Positions 9,763 to 19,651 of a DNA stretch of 39,719 nucleotides are shown one piece after another. The position numbers were made by a program, and so were the translations under genes. Positions within the stretch are counted from its first letter, which is position 1. Each line of letters begins with the position of its first letter. The notes beneath the pieces were generated by a model. The model was not told where the DNA came from, searched no databases, and worked only from the letters and a program-made list of their open reading frames with translations. This DNA is from an uncultured Dehalococcoidia bacterium (GTDB lineage: Bacteria > Chloroflexota > Dehalococcoidia > Lucifugimonadales > UBA2985). The DNA lies in assembly GCA_964443385.1 (NCBI GenBank), contig CAYUCO010000031.1:1-39719 (forward strand), read 5' to 3'.

Positions 9763-11028
9763 TTGAATATACTTGTAGTGGGGAATGGATCTCGAGAACA
9801 CGCGATAGCATGGAAATTGAGTCAAAGCTCCCTAGTTGAAAACATATACGTTGCTCCAGGAAACCCTGGAACTGCACAAATAGCAACAAATCTTTCTTTA
9901 GAACAAAACAACTTCGAGGCGTTATCGGATGCGGCTATAAAGTATGAAATCGACTTGACAATGATTGGCCCTGAAACGCCTCTTTCTCAAGGAATAGTTG
10001 ATCACTTCCAAATAAGGGGACTGAAAATATTCGGCCCAACCCAAAATGCCGCCAGAATAGAAAGCAGCAAAGTTTTCGCGAAGAATCTTATGAAGGAATA
10101 TGGTATACCAACAGGCGATTTTGCAGTTTTTCAATCCTTTGATAAAGCTAGATGTTACGTTCAAAAACAAAACTTACCTCTGGTTATAAAAGCAGACGGT
10201 CTTGCCGCTGGTAAAGGTGTAATAATTGCCCACACACAGGAGGAGGCAATAAAGGCACTTGAATCCTTCATGGTAGAAAAAGTGTTTGGTGAAGCAGGAC
10301 AATCCGTATTGATCGAAGAATTCTTGTCTGGCAGAGAAGTAAGCGTTTTCGCGTTTACTGATGGTGTGAACTGTTCAAGCCTGATAGCTGCTTGTGATTA
10401 CAAGAGAGCTTACGACGATGATTTAGGACCTAACACTGGTGGCATGGGTAGCTACAGCCCTCCTGCATTCTGGAACGAAGCCTTATCAAATGAAATCAGA
10501 TCAAAAATAATGCTACCCACAATAAAAGCATTAGAATCAGAAGGGTCAAAATACAAAGGCATATTGTATGGTGGAGTGATATTAACATCAGACGGACCAA
10601 AGGTTCTAGAGTTCAATTGTAGGTTTGGCGATCCAGAAACACAGGTAGTATTGCCACTTCTTGTTTCGGACATGCCTTCAATACTCACTGCAGTCATAGA
10701 TGAAAAACTTAATAATATTGAAATATCTTGGAGTGAAGAGTCTTGTGTTGGCATAGTAGTGACATCCGAGGGTTATCCTGCAACCTTTCATACTGGCTAC
10801 AAAATAGACGGATTAGACGACGTGGACGCAGAGGGAATAATTTTCCATGGAGGCACGAAAAATGCTGACCCACCCAATAAAGGTATAGTAACAAATGGAG
10901 GGAGAGTATTGACAGTAGTAAGTAAAGCTGATGACATGAATATTGCTAGATCAAAAGCATACCAAAATGTGGAAAACATTCAATTTGAAGGTGCATCATA
11001 TCGTAACGATATCGCATTAAATATTTGA
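9763..11028 (+). CDS. purD: Phosphoribosylamine-glycine ligase
   Basis: ILVVGNGSREHA, KADGLAAGKGV, GPNTGGMG, EFNCRFGDPETQ. Likely TTG start at 9763 behind AAGGA; alternative ATG at 9745. Confidence 0.97.
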   Translation: MNILVVGNGSREHAIAWKLSQSSLVENIYVAPGNPGTAQIATNLSLEQNNFEALSDAAIKYEIDLTMIGPETPLSQGIVDHFQIRGLKIFGPTQNAARIESSKVFAKNLMKEYGIPTGDFAVFQSFDKARCYVQKQNLPLVIKADGLAAGKGVIIAHTQEEAIKALESFMVEKVFGEAGQSVLIEEFLSGREVSVFAFTDGVNCSSLIAACDYKRAYDDDLGPNTGGMGSYSPPAFWNEALSNEIRSKIMLPTIKALESEGSKYKGILYGGVILTSDGPKVLEFNCRFGDPETQVVLPLLVSDMPSILTAVIDEKLNNIEISWSEESCVGIVVTSEGYPATFHTGYKIDGLDDVDAEGIIFHGGTKNADPPNKGIVTNGGRVLTVVSKADDMNIARSKAYQNVENIQFEGASYRNDIALNI

Positions 11029-11047
11029 TAAATTATAGGAGAGTACA

Positions 11048-11506
11048 ATGCCATTAGTAGGAATAGTGATAGGTAGTAAATCGGACCAAGATACAGCAGA
11101 TGAAACAGCCAAAGTGCTAGATAGCCTAGGTATAAGCTACGAATCATCCGTTATATCCGCACACAGAAAACCAGAGGAAACCAGAAATTATGGGAAAAAC
11201 GCAGCAAGCAGAGGTATTGAAGTAATAATCGCTGGGGCAGGTGGATCCGCAGCTTTACCTGGAGCTTTAGCATCTTGGACTACTCTGCCAATTATAGGAG
11301 TACCAATAGCCTCGAGCAATATGAATGGCGTGGATTCTCTGTATACGATTGCACAGATGCCACCTGGCATACCTGTCGCCTGTATGGCCATAGGATTATG
11401 GGGTGCCAGAAACGCCGCATACATGGCTGCAGCTATATTGAGCCTTAAGCATGACGATATAAAGAAATCCTATGAGAGCTATAGGCAAGATTTATCTGCT
11501 TCCTAA
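11048..11506 (+). CDS. purE: AIR carboxylase / N5-CAIR mutase
   Basis: IGSKSD, SAHRKP, IAGAGGSAALPG, PIIGVP, QMPPGIPVA. Confidence 0.96.
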   Translation: MPLVGIVIGSKSDQDTADETAKVLDSLGISYESSVISAHRKPEETRNYGKNAASRGIEVIIAGAGGSAALPGALASWTTLPIIGVPIASSNMNGVDSLYTIAQMPPGIPVACMAIGLWGARNAAYMAAAILSLKHDDIKKSYESYRQDLSAS

Positions 11507-11591
11507 ATTTGTGCCAGAAACAGTATTGTTCATTACATATGTAAAGGTTATGATTCTTCATGACTATTAATAGTTGATTTAGAGGTGCAAC

Positions 11592-12887
11592 TTGATAGAT
11601 AGATATGCTAGACCACAGATGAAAAAAGTGTGGTCAGAAGAAAACAAAAATGACAAGTGGCTTCAAGTAGAAATAGCGGTCTGTGAAGCTTGGACAGACA
11701 CGGGTGTTATACCCGTGGAAGATATGGAGAAACTCCGTAAGGCTCAGTACAACCCAGACAAAATTAACGAAATTTTTGAGCGTACCAGGCATGATATGAC
11801 AGCGTTTCTACAGTCTGTAACATATGGACTAGGAGAAGAAGGAAGATGGCTGCACATGGGTCTAACATCTCATGACGTCCAGGACACAGCTCAGAACCTG
11901 CAACTGGTAGAAGCATCAGATATAATAATCAACGATGTAGATAAACTTATCTCAGCAATAAAAAACCTGGCTTTAGAATATAGAGATACCCCGATAATGG
12001 GCAGAACCCATGGAGTGCACGCAGAACCTACTACTTTTGGTTTAAAAATGGCATTGTGGTGGGAAGAGATGAAAAGACATAGAGAAAGATTGTATAGCGC
12101 TAAAGATACGATCGCAGTGGGTAAGATATCTGGAGCTGTAGGAACATATGCCTCTGTCCCTCCGGAAATAGAAGTTAATGTATGCAAACAATTTGGCCTG
12201 AATCCCGCTCCAATCTCTAACCAGGTGATACAAAGAGACAGGCACGCTCAATTTGTTACTACTCTAGCATTGGTGGCAGCATCCTTGGAAAAATTCGCGA
12301 CTGAAATCAGGAGTTTACAGAGAACTGAAGTCAGGGAAGTTGAGGAACCATTTGGCCAAGGTCAAACTGGATCATCGGCAATGCCGCACAAAAAAAACCC
12401 CGAGCTTTCAGAACGAGTTTGTGGCTTGGCTAGACTTATACGAGGATACGCAATGACATCTCTAGAAAACGTGGCGCTCTGGCACGAAAGGGATATTAGC
12501 CACTCCTCTGCAGAGAGGTTAATATTACCAGACGCTTGTATGGCCTTAGACTACATTTTGAACATATTCACTGGAGTTATAGAGGGGTTACGGGTGTATC
12601 CTGACAGAATGTGGAGAAACATTGAGATGACAAAAGGGTTAGTCTTCTCCCAAAGATTATTGATAGCACTGCTCGAAACAGGTCTAAGCAGAGAAAGATC
12701 TTATGAAATAGTACAATCATGCGCTATGCGTTCTTGGGAAGAATCATCTGATTTCAGGGAAATCATACGCGAAATAGATGAGGTGAAGGAGAGACTTCCC
12801 GGGGATCAACTAGAAAACATATTTGATTATGGTCACTTCTCAAAACATGTATCAGATTCATACTCAAGATTAGGATTGGAAGGTTAA
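11592..12887 (+). CDS. purB: Adenylosuccinate lyase
   Basis: IDRY, GRTHGVHAEPTTFG, GSSAMPHKKNP, ERDISHSSAER; TTG start after GAGG. Confidence 0.97.
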   Translation: MIDRYARPQMKKVWSEENKNDKWLQVEIAVCEAWTDTGVIPVEDMEKLRKAQYNPDKINEIFERTRHDMTAFLQSVTYGLGEEGRWLHMGLTSHDVQDTAQNLQLVEASDIIINDVDKLISAIKNLALEYRDTPIMGRTHGVHAEPTTFGLKMALWWEEMKRHRERLYSAKDTIAVGKISGAVGTYASVPPEIEVNVCKQFGLNPAPISNQVIQRDRHAQFVTTLALVAASLEKFATEIRSLQRTEVREVEEPFGQGQTGSSAMPHKKNPELSERVCGLARLIRGYAMTSLENVALWHERDISHSSAERLILPDACMALDYILNIFTGVIEGLRVYPDRMWRNIEMTKGLVFSQRLLIALLETGLSRERSYEIVQSCAMRSWEESSDFREIIREIDEVKERLPGDQLENIFDYGHFSKHVSDSYSRLGLEG

Positions 12888-12889
12888 AA

Positions 12890-13798
12890 TTGACTAATAA
12901 CAATAACAAAAAGAACGCTCCAGAACCAATACACAGAGGCAAAGTAAGAGATACTTACGATATAGGAAATGGATACCTTCTAATGGTAGCGTCTGACAGA
13001 ATATCAGCCTACGACGTTGTTCTGCCAACCGTTATACCTTATAAAGGGTTGGTTCTGTCCAAACTTTCTGAGTATTGGTTTAATAATACCAACCACCTAA
13101 TACCAAATCACCTGATCTGCCTTGGAGATAATGAAACCGAGGTATCCAAAATAAATACTGTTGTACCACTCGATTTATTCCCCCCAGAAGTATTGTCGAA
13201 AGGAATGGTGGTAAAGAAAGCAAACAGGATAGACATTGAATGTGTAGTCCGAGGATATATAACTGGATCTGCTTGGTCGGAGTATCAAAAAACTGGAACA
13301 GTATCTGGCATTAAAATGCCTTCTGGCATGAAAGAAGGAGACCCTTTCCCAGAACCACTTTTTACTCCAACTACCAAGGCAGAAACAGGACACGACTTGC
13401 CAATGACCATGGACGAAGTTAGAGATATGGTTGGTTCTGAAATGGCAGATAGACTTGAGGCAGTAACAACAGAAATATATATGTATGCACATGATGAAAG
13501 TGAAATAAAAGGTATAATTGTAGCAGACACAAAAATGGAATTTGGTATCGTAGAATCAGAGTTAACATTAATAGACGAATTGATAACACCGGATTCAAGT
13601 AGATTCTGGGACAAAGAATTATACTCACCTGGAAAATCACAACCTAGTTTCGATAAACAATACGTAAGAGATTGGCTAACGGAATCTGGATGGGACAGAG
13701 AACCGCCAGGGCCTGAACTACCGGACGAAGTGGTAAACGAAACTTCTCAGCTTTACATAGAGGCCTACGAAAGAATAACTGGGAATTCTTGGTCGTAG
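12890..13798 (+). CDS. purC: SAICAR synthase
   Basis: GKVRDTY, SDRISAYD, ECVVRGYITGS, DTKMEFG, TPDSSRFW, DKQYVRDWL. Confidence 0.97.
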   Translation: MTNNNNKKNAPEPIHRGKVRDTYDIGNGYLLMVASDRISAYDVVLPTVIPYKGLVLSKLSEYWFNNTNHLIPNHLICLGDNETEVSKINTVVPLDLFPPEVLSKGMVVKKANRIDIECVVRGYITGSAWSEYQKTGTVSGIKMPSGMKEGDPFPEPLFTPTTKAETGHDLPMTMDEVRDMVGSEMADRLEAVTTEIYMYAHDESEIKGIIVADTKMEFGIVESELTLIDELITPDSSRFWDKELYSPGKSQPSFDKQYVRDWLTESGWDREPPGPELPDEVVNETSQLYIEAYERITGNSWS

Positions 13799-13819
13799 GC
13801 TACAGGAGAACAAACTTAA

Positions 13820-14476
13820 ATGGCAGCTAGAGAAAGAGACAGACGAAAAAGAGCTCACCGTAGATCCGAAGTAAGGGAAACTAGGCGAGAGAGACAGAGT
13901 AAACGAAAACGAATCAGGAGATATATCCTGGGTACAGTGACTGGTATTGGCGCGCTTATGATAATACTATCTTTGGTATTGCCGGGATCATTAGGAAACA
14001 TGAATTCTTCAGCAACAACTTCGTATGCAGAAGGAAGCCGTATCGATATTCAAAGTCCGATACTCGTAGATGAAAATGAGACTCACCCTGAGTACAACTC
14101 GTCGCCACCGACTTCAGGTTGGTATCAAGATATACCAGAGGAATCTATCATGTGGGGAGAAACAACGGAAGAATTAAAACCTGAGAAGCAAGTCGCCTAT
14201 CTCAGAAAAGGGGCGGTTCTAGTGCAATATAACTGTTTAGATCTAGAAACTACGGGAACTTTTGATGAGTGTACAGAACTGCGTGATAATCTTAGAATTA
14301 TTGTCAATAGATACCCAGAAGGAGTGGTTCAGGCACATAACGAGAACATAGAAACTCTGATTGCTCTTTCTTCATGGGGTTGGTTGGACACTTTAGACGA
14401 ATATGACGAGTTACGTATAGAAGATTTTATACAAATGCATTTAGATAAAGGACCTGCAAGTTTCAAACAACAGTAA
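13820..14476 (+). CDS. DUF3105-like membrane-anchored protein
   Basis: Arg-rich N-terminus, one TM helix, YNSSPPTSG, GAVLVQYNC, IALSSWG, final GP motif. Confidence 0.75.
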   Translation: MAARERDRRKRAHRRSEVRETRRERQSKRKRIRRYILGTVTGIGALMIILSLVLPGSLGNMNSSATTSYAEGSRIDIQSPILVDENETHPEYNSSPPTSGWYQDIPEESIMWGETTEELKPEKQVAYLRKGAVLVQYNCLDLETTGTFDECTELRDNLRIIVNRYPEGVVQAHNENIETLIALSSWGWLDTLDEYDELRIEDFIQMHLDKGPASFKQQ

Positions 14477-14499
14477 CGTTAGTAAAAGAAAGTTTATAC

Positions 14500-14751
14500 A
14501 TGTTTTTAGCAAAGATTTATGTAACTCTAAAACCAGCTGTTAATGATCCACAGGGTAAAACTGTACTCACAGGATTACAGAGCCTTGGTTTTTCTGAGAC
14601 AAAAGACGTAAGGATAGGAAAGTTCCTCGAAATAACCGTTGACTGTTCCAGTATTGAGAAGGCTAAAATATCGGTCGGGCAAATGTGTTCACAGCTACTA
14701 GCCAACCCAATCATAGAAAACTACACGTTCGAAGTAGAAGAGACCCATTAA
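14500..14751 (+). CDS. purS: FGAM synthase subunit PurS
   Basis: VTLKPAVNDPQG, VRIGK, LLANPIIENY. Confidence 0.96.
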   Translation: MFLAKIYVTLKPAVNDPQGKTVLTGLQSLGFSETKDVRIGKFLEITVDCSSIEKAKISVGQMCSQLLANPIIENYTFEVEETH

Positions 14752-14793
14752 TATCATAGTGCAAACAAAGCTTAGTAGGCGATATACACCGGT

Positions 14794-15393
14794 TTAGCTG
14801 CTTATAGTGCCTTTTGTACTTGGAACTTCCCCTGTTATGCGTGGGTCAATAGCAACTGCAGCTCTAATTGCCCTTGCCAGAGCCTTAAACAAAGCCTCAG
14901 CTTTATGGTGATCATTAGTGCCTTCCAAAACTTTGGCGTGTAAATTCACCTTTGCTTCTAAAGCAAACACCTCAAAGAAATGCCTGACTAAATCCGATGG
15001 CATGTCTCCTATAACAGAATCTTTGAAAACTGCCTTTACAACCGAATATGGGCGGCCTCCAATATCCATGGCTACATTAACCAAGGTTTCATCTAAGGGT
15101 AACGTGACACTACTCATTCGTACTATGCCTCTTCCCTCCCCCACAGCTTCTCTGAATGCCTGACCAAACACAATACCCACATCTTCAATCATGTGATGCC
15201 ATCCAGGGGACACATCACCTTTCGCTGTTACATTCAAATCTATCAGGCCATGGCGAGCTATCTGTTCCAACATGTGATTTAGCATGCCATTCGGCGTGTT
15301 TATATCAGATTTGCCGATACCGTCTAGATTCAATTCGATATCAACCTGAGTTTCTTTTGTATATCTCTGTACTTTAGATGCCCGGTCGTTCAC
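14794..15393 (-). CDS. hisB: Imidazoleglycerol-phosphate dehydratase (monofunctional)
   Basis: RYTKET, HHMIED, NDHHKAEALFKA, VPSTKG; no N-terminal HAD phosphatase domain. Confidence 0.96.
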   Translation of the reverse strand: MNDRASKVQRYTKETQVDIELNLDGIGKSDINTPNGMLNHMLEQIARHGLIDLNVTAKGDVSPGWHHMIEDVGIVFGQAFREAVGEGRGIVRMSSVTLPLDETLVNVAMDIGGRPYSVVKAVFKDSVIGDMPSDLVRHFFEVFALEAKVNLHAKVLEGTNDHHKAEALFKALARAIRAAVAIDPRITGEVPSTKGTISS

Positions 15394-15439
15394 AATCCTC
15401 TCCTGATATGATATTTAAGTCTCTACAACTTTGCGTTAA

Positions 15440-16528
15440 CTAATTACCTAATGTATCACGTATAACTTCGATTACAAGATCATTATGTTCTGGCCTACCT
15501 ACCGATATACGCAAACAATCTTTCAACACTAGCGAATCAAAGTATCTCACAAATATACCCCTACTAGCTAGTTTTTTATACAAGACTGTTGCAATTCCAT
15601 CATTAAATCTACACAAAATAAAATTGCCGTGGGATGGATATGGTACTACTCCGTCTGAAGACAACAGTGCAGCATAAAGTCTTTCTCTTTCCTCTATAAT
15701 TAAGTTCACATTACCCTGCAAATACGACATATCTTCAAGTGAAGTCATTAATGCTATCTGAGCAGCAATATTCAAATTGTAAGGATTCTTTATTTTCATA
15801 AGGAAGTTCACAATATTTGGGTCCATTACAGAGTACCCCACCCTCAAGCCAGCCAAACCAGCCCACTTGCTCAGGCTTCGAAGCACAACAAGATTTGCGT
15901 AGTCAGATACGAGCTCAATTGCACTCTCTCCACTAAATTCGTAATAAGTCTCGTCAACTACCACCAGAACATCATTCTTTAGTATCTTTATCAGTGTATC
16001 CAAAGAAATTATATTACCAGTAGGATTATTGGGAGATGTCAAAAAAATCACTTTTGTCCGATCAGTTATAGATCTGTTTATGGATTCTAGATCTATGCCA
16101 AAGTTTTGGTCTCTGGGAACGTCGATGAGTAAACCAGTATTTATATATGTGCTGAACGAATACATTCCAAAAGTTGGAGAACAGATCATTACTGAATCTC
16201 CCTTTTCAAGTGTACATCTTAATATCAGATCAATTAACTCATCGGCTCCAGCTCCGACTAATATATGACTTGCAGGAACACCCACATACGCGGATAGTGC
16301 CTCCCTTGCTACCTTCTGATTAGGATCAGGGTATATGTGATAATCTTTGAAATCATTCAAAGCTTTCTGTAATTTGGGTGATGGCCCATATGGATTCTCG
16401 TTAGCGTTAAGTTTTATAACGTTGTTAATCTCTATCCCAGAAGACAACGATAGAGTTTCCGGAGAATCAACTGCTTCATAAGGGGCTATTTTGATTAAAT
16501 CTCTGTTAAATAATTTATTAATATCCAA
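15440..16528 (-). CDS. hisC: Histidinol-phosphate aminotransferase
   Basis: KLNANENP, GADELI, SPNNPTG, DETYYEF, RSLSKWAGLAGLRVGY. Confidence 0.96.
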   Translation of the reverse strand: MDINKLFNRDLIKIAPYEAVDSPETLSLSSGIEINNVIKLNANENPYGPSPKLQKALNDFKDYHIYPDPNQKVAREALSAYVGVPASHILVGAGADELIDLILRCTLEKGDSVMICSPTFGMYSFSTYINTGLLIDVPRDQNFGIDLESINRSITDRTKVIFLTSPNNPTGNIISLDTLIKILKNDVLVVVDETYYEFSGESAIELVSDYANLVVLRSLSKWAGLAGLRVGYSVMDPNIVNFLMKIKNPYNLNIAAQIALMTSLEDMSYLQGNVNLIIEERERLYAALLSSDGVVPYPSHGNFILCRFNDGIATVLYKKLASRGIFVRYFDSLVLKDCLRISVGRPEHNDLVIEVIRDTLGN

Positions 16529-16550
16529 TATATTAACCCTAAAAGCATAT

Positions 16551-17873
16551 TCAATCTGGATTCACTCTTAGTTCAACTGCCTGAGCATGTGCATCAAAGC
16601 CTTCCAACTTAGCCAATGTCACGGCAGTTTCAGCTAATTCAGCTACCTTGTTCTGATTCAATGAAACTACCGGTGTTCTTCTTATGAATTGTGCAATCCC
16701 TAAAGATGAATTAAACCTAGCAGTACCACCAGTAGGCATAACGTGACTAGGTCCTGCTATATAATCCCCCATAACTTCAGGCGAATTTTCTCCTAAAAAT
16801 ATTCCCCCTGCATTACTTATACTATCAATTGAATTCCAGGGTTCCTCAATCATAAGGCACAGGTGTTCTGGAGCATATGCATTAGCTATTTCCAAAGCAT
16901 CATCTATAGTGTCTACGACTACAATAACACCTCGATTCTGAATGGACGCACTCGCTGTTTCCTTTTTTGACAAACTTTCCATTTGTTTGTCCATTGCCAA
17001 CATAATTTTGGTTACTAAAGATTCTGATGTGGTTATCAATACCGGTGTGGCCAACAAGTCGTGTTCTGCTTGTCCTAATAAATCCGCAGCACAGAGTCTA
17101 GGATCAGCAGTATCATCTGCAACAATTAAAGTTTCAGTAGGACCAGCTAATCCATCTATGCCAACTTGCCCATATACCATCTTTTTAGCTATAGTCACAA
17201 AAAGGTTTCCCGGACCACATATCATGTCTACTTTAGGTATAGTGTCTGTCCCATAAGCGAAAGCTGCTATTGCCTGTGCCCCACCAATGTTGAAAACCTG
17301 ATCAACATTGGCAACATGTGCGGCTGCTAAGACATGAGAGTTTATACCAGTTTGCCCGGTAGAGGGAGTTGCCAAAAAAACTTCTTTAACCCCTGCGACT
17401 CGGGCAGGTATAGCGGTCATTAGAACTGTGGACGGATAAGAAGCTCTTCCTCCAGGTATATATATTCCAACTTTCTCCACTGGCCTAATAACTTCCCCAT
17501 AACCCTGTGATTCATCAAACCAAGATTGAGGAACTGTATTCGCATGAAATTGTTCAACCCGTTGGGCAGAAATACGCAGAGCGTTGAATACTTCGGCATT
17601 CAAATCACTTATTTCCTCAAGGATTCGGTTTTTATCTAGGACCATATCTTGCAGATCTACACCATCTATCATTTTGGTATATCGCTTTAATGCCTCATCA
17701 CCATTCTTTGAAACTTCAGCCAATATTTCACTCACCACTTGATTTGGTGTCAATCTGCGTCCAAATATCTTTAATATACTTTCTTCTATACTGTTATTAG
17801 ACATTTGATCGGAGAAAAACAGTTCTCTAGAAAGAACTTCCAATCCGTCTTGAACTCCATAGATCACTTTCAA
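16551..17873 (-). CDS. hisD: Histidinol dehydrogenase
   Basis: YIPGGRASYPSTVLM, GGAQAIAA, GPGN, QAEHD, APEHL, GDYIAGPSHVMPT. Confidence 0.97.
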   Translation of the reverse strand: MKVIYGVQDGLEVLSRELFFSDQMSNNSIEESILKIFGRRLTPNQVVSEILAEVSKNGDEALKRYTKMIDGVDLQDMVLDKNRILEEISDLNAEVFNALRISAQRVEQFHANTVPQSWFDESQGYGEVIRPVEKVGIYIPGGRASYPSTVLMTAIPARVAGVKEVFLATPSTGQTGINSHVLAAAHVANVDQVFNIGGAQAIAAFAYGTDTIPKVDMICGPGNLFVTIAKKMVYGQVGIDGLAGPTETLIVADDTADPRLCAADLLGQAEHDLLATPVLITTSESLVTKIMLAMDKQMESLSKKETASASIQNRGVIVVVDTIDDALEIANAYAPEHLCLMIEEPWNSIDSISNAGGIFLGENSPEVMGDYIAGPSHVMPTGGTARFNSSLGIAQFIRRTPVVSLNQNKVAELAETAVTLAKLEGFDAHAQAVELRVNPD

Positions 17874-18634
17874 CCCAAATACTCCTCAGCAAAATTTATA
17901 ATCTGCAATATGTTTTTTTCTCTGTATAACTCTATATTTTCAGATGGAATAATTCTATATATACCACTCATACCATTATCAATTGAGTTTAAAAAATCAT
18001 CAACTATTATTTTAACTTTGGCGTAGGAATCATCAGTATGTCTTGATGCAACTCTTCTAGCCATAAATTCAAGTCTTCCCCAAGAAAATTTCCAATCCAA
18101 CATCCCCTCTATCCATGTTTTCCAATCAAAAAGAGTTTCCTCATCAATAAAATCTACTTTAACGTCCTTATCAGCATAGCTGATATCAGTTTTCAAAGTC
18201 CGTATATCACCTATAATGTCATTTTCCCTTCGATCCAGCTCCAGTTGAAGAGCTCTGTCCATAACGTCTCCGAATAATGCTTCTGGGTAAAAATCCCTAT
18301 TACCAAAATATGGTCTATAAAAATCCAATACCCATAACTCATCGGCAAGTAAGTGAGATGCGTACCCAACAATAAATGCCTTTGTAGAGTCATTCACATT
18401 TTTAGAGTCTGCTAAGGCAGGATGCGCATCAAACAACCCTTTTATCCCAGCCCCCCAATGCTGAAAATTCAAATCAACAAAATGAGTATCATCCCGTCGG
18501 TTCTTAGTTATTATTCTTATATCTGGAGAAACAGATCCCAGCAGAAAAGGTCCCAGATTTTTGTTTATTATTGGGTTATTTAGGCGTTCTGCAGCACCGC
18601 TGGCAATTCCAAGATGAGCTATAAGATTAGGCAT
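17870..18634 (-). CDS. Zinc-dependent phospholipase C / P1-nuclease-fold family protein
   Basis: N-terminal MPNLIAH, LGSVSPD, THF, GYASHLLADELW match the Zn_dep_PLPC-type metal-ligand pattern; no signal peptide. Confidence 0.75.
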   Translation of the reverse strand: MPNLIAHLGIASGAAERLNNPIINKNLGPFLLGSVSPDIRIITKNRRDDTHFVDLNFQHWGAGIKGLFDAHPALADSKNVNDSTKAFIVGYASHLLADELWVLDFYRPYFGNRDFYPEALFGDVMDRALQLELDRRENDIIGDIRTLKTDISYADKDVKVDFIDEETLFDWKTWIEGMLDWKFSWGRLEFMARRVASRHTDDSYAKVKIIVDDFLNSIDNGMSGIYRIIPSENIELYREKNILQIINFAEEYLG

Positions 18635-18642
18635 GTTTACTT

Positions 18643-19650
18643 TTATGCCAGACTAGATTTAGAAACAGAGTTAAGCAATTCCGCATAAGAAGTGGATCCT
18701 TCTTCAAAGACATAATGCTCCTGTGACACAGTCAGACTTCCACCGCCTATATTCCTGATATGATCTACGGTCTTTATAAGAATATCACGCGGCACAACCA
18801 TAGTCACAGCATACCAATTACTATTTTCATTATCATAAACTCTGGATATAGTCGGACCTTTTAGGCCAGTAACATCCGGTTCAGTCGCTAATTTTTTTGC
18901 TATTTCTTCGGGTGAATCACCTCGAACATTAGCGGTTATCCTGAAGAAATTTCTGGCCCTCATGTAAGCTTCGACATATTCTAGCAATATTCTTGCGGAC
19001 TGCATTGCATCAGTATCTTCGTGCAAAGTCCTCTTATTAACTATTATACAAGCCTGAGAAGCTAATATAGATCCATCATCTATGGTTTTTAAACGATTTT
19101 CTCGAATAGTATTTCCGCTTGAACTTATGTCAGCAATGATATCAGCGAATCCCATCGCTGGAGCTGCTTCCAAAGTGCCACTTGACTGAACTATGGAATA
19201 ATAGTTTACTCCATAAGCAAGTAGATGATCTTGAACTAACCTAGGGTACTTAGTAGCAATACGCAAATCTTGTCCGTTTTCTCGAAAATCAAAGGCTAAA
19301 TCAGCTAAATCATACATTGAATCTACGTCTATCCAAGAGTCTGGAACAGCTATTACTAGCTCGCAGCCTCCAAACCCTAGAGCTTCCACTACAACATTTG
19401 AGTCCCCGGAATCTGAACCCAATTCCAAAAATCTGTCTAGCCCAGTTATTCCTATATCCGCGCTACCCTCGTCCACTTTATAGGGTATATCTGCTGCCCT
19501 CTGAAAAAGGACACTAGTGTTATCCACGCCTTTAATGCTTCCAGTATAACGGCGTGGGCTGGAACGTATTACTGTCAGACCACTGTCATCTAGGAATTTT
19601 AGCGTGGAATTATATAATTCACCATCACTTGGAATTGCTATACGTAAAAT
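18643..19650 (-). CDS. hisG: ATP phosphoribosyltransferase, long form (ATT start)
   Basis: Frame extends 41 codons upstream of the track ORF to ATT TTA CGT ATA GCA ATT CCA (xLRIAIPSDG); ADIGITGLD, RIATKYP, GTLEAAPAMGFADII, and a C-terminal domain with GLKGPTIS. Confidence 0.93.
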   Translation of the reverse strand: MLRIAIPSDGELYNSTLKFLDDSGLTVIRSSPRRYTGSIKGVDNTSVLFQRAADIPYKVDEGSADIGITGLDRFLELGSDSGDSNVVVEALGFGGCELVIAVPDSWIDVDSMYDLADLAFDFRENGQDLRIATKYPRLVQDHLLAYGVNYYSIVQSSGTLEAAPAMGFADIIADISSSGNTIRENRLKTIDDGSILASQACIIVNKRTLHEDTDAMQSARILLEYVEAYMRARNFFRITANVRGDSPEEIAKKLATEPDVTGLKGPTISRVYDNENSNWYAVTMVVPRDILIKTVDHIRNIGGGSLTVSQEHYVFEEGSTSYAELLNSVSKSSLA

Positions 19651-19651
19651 G

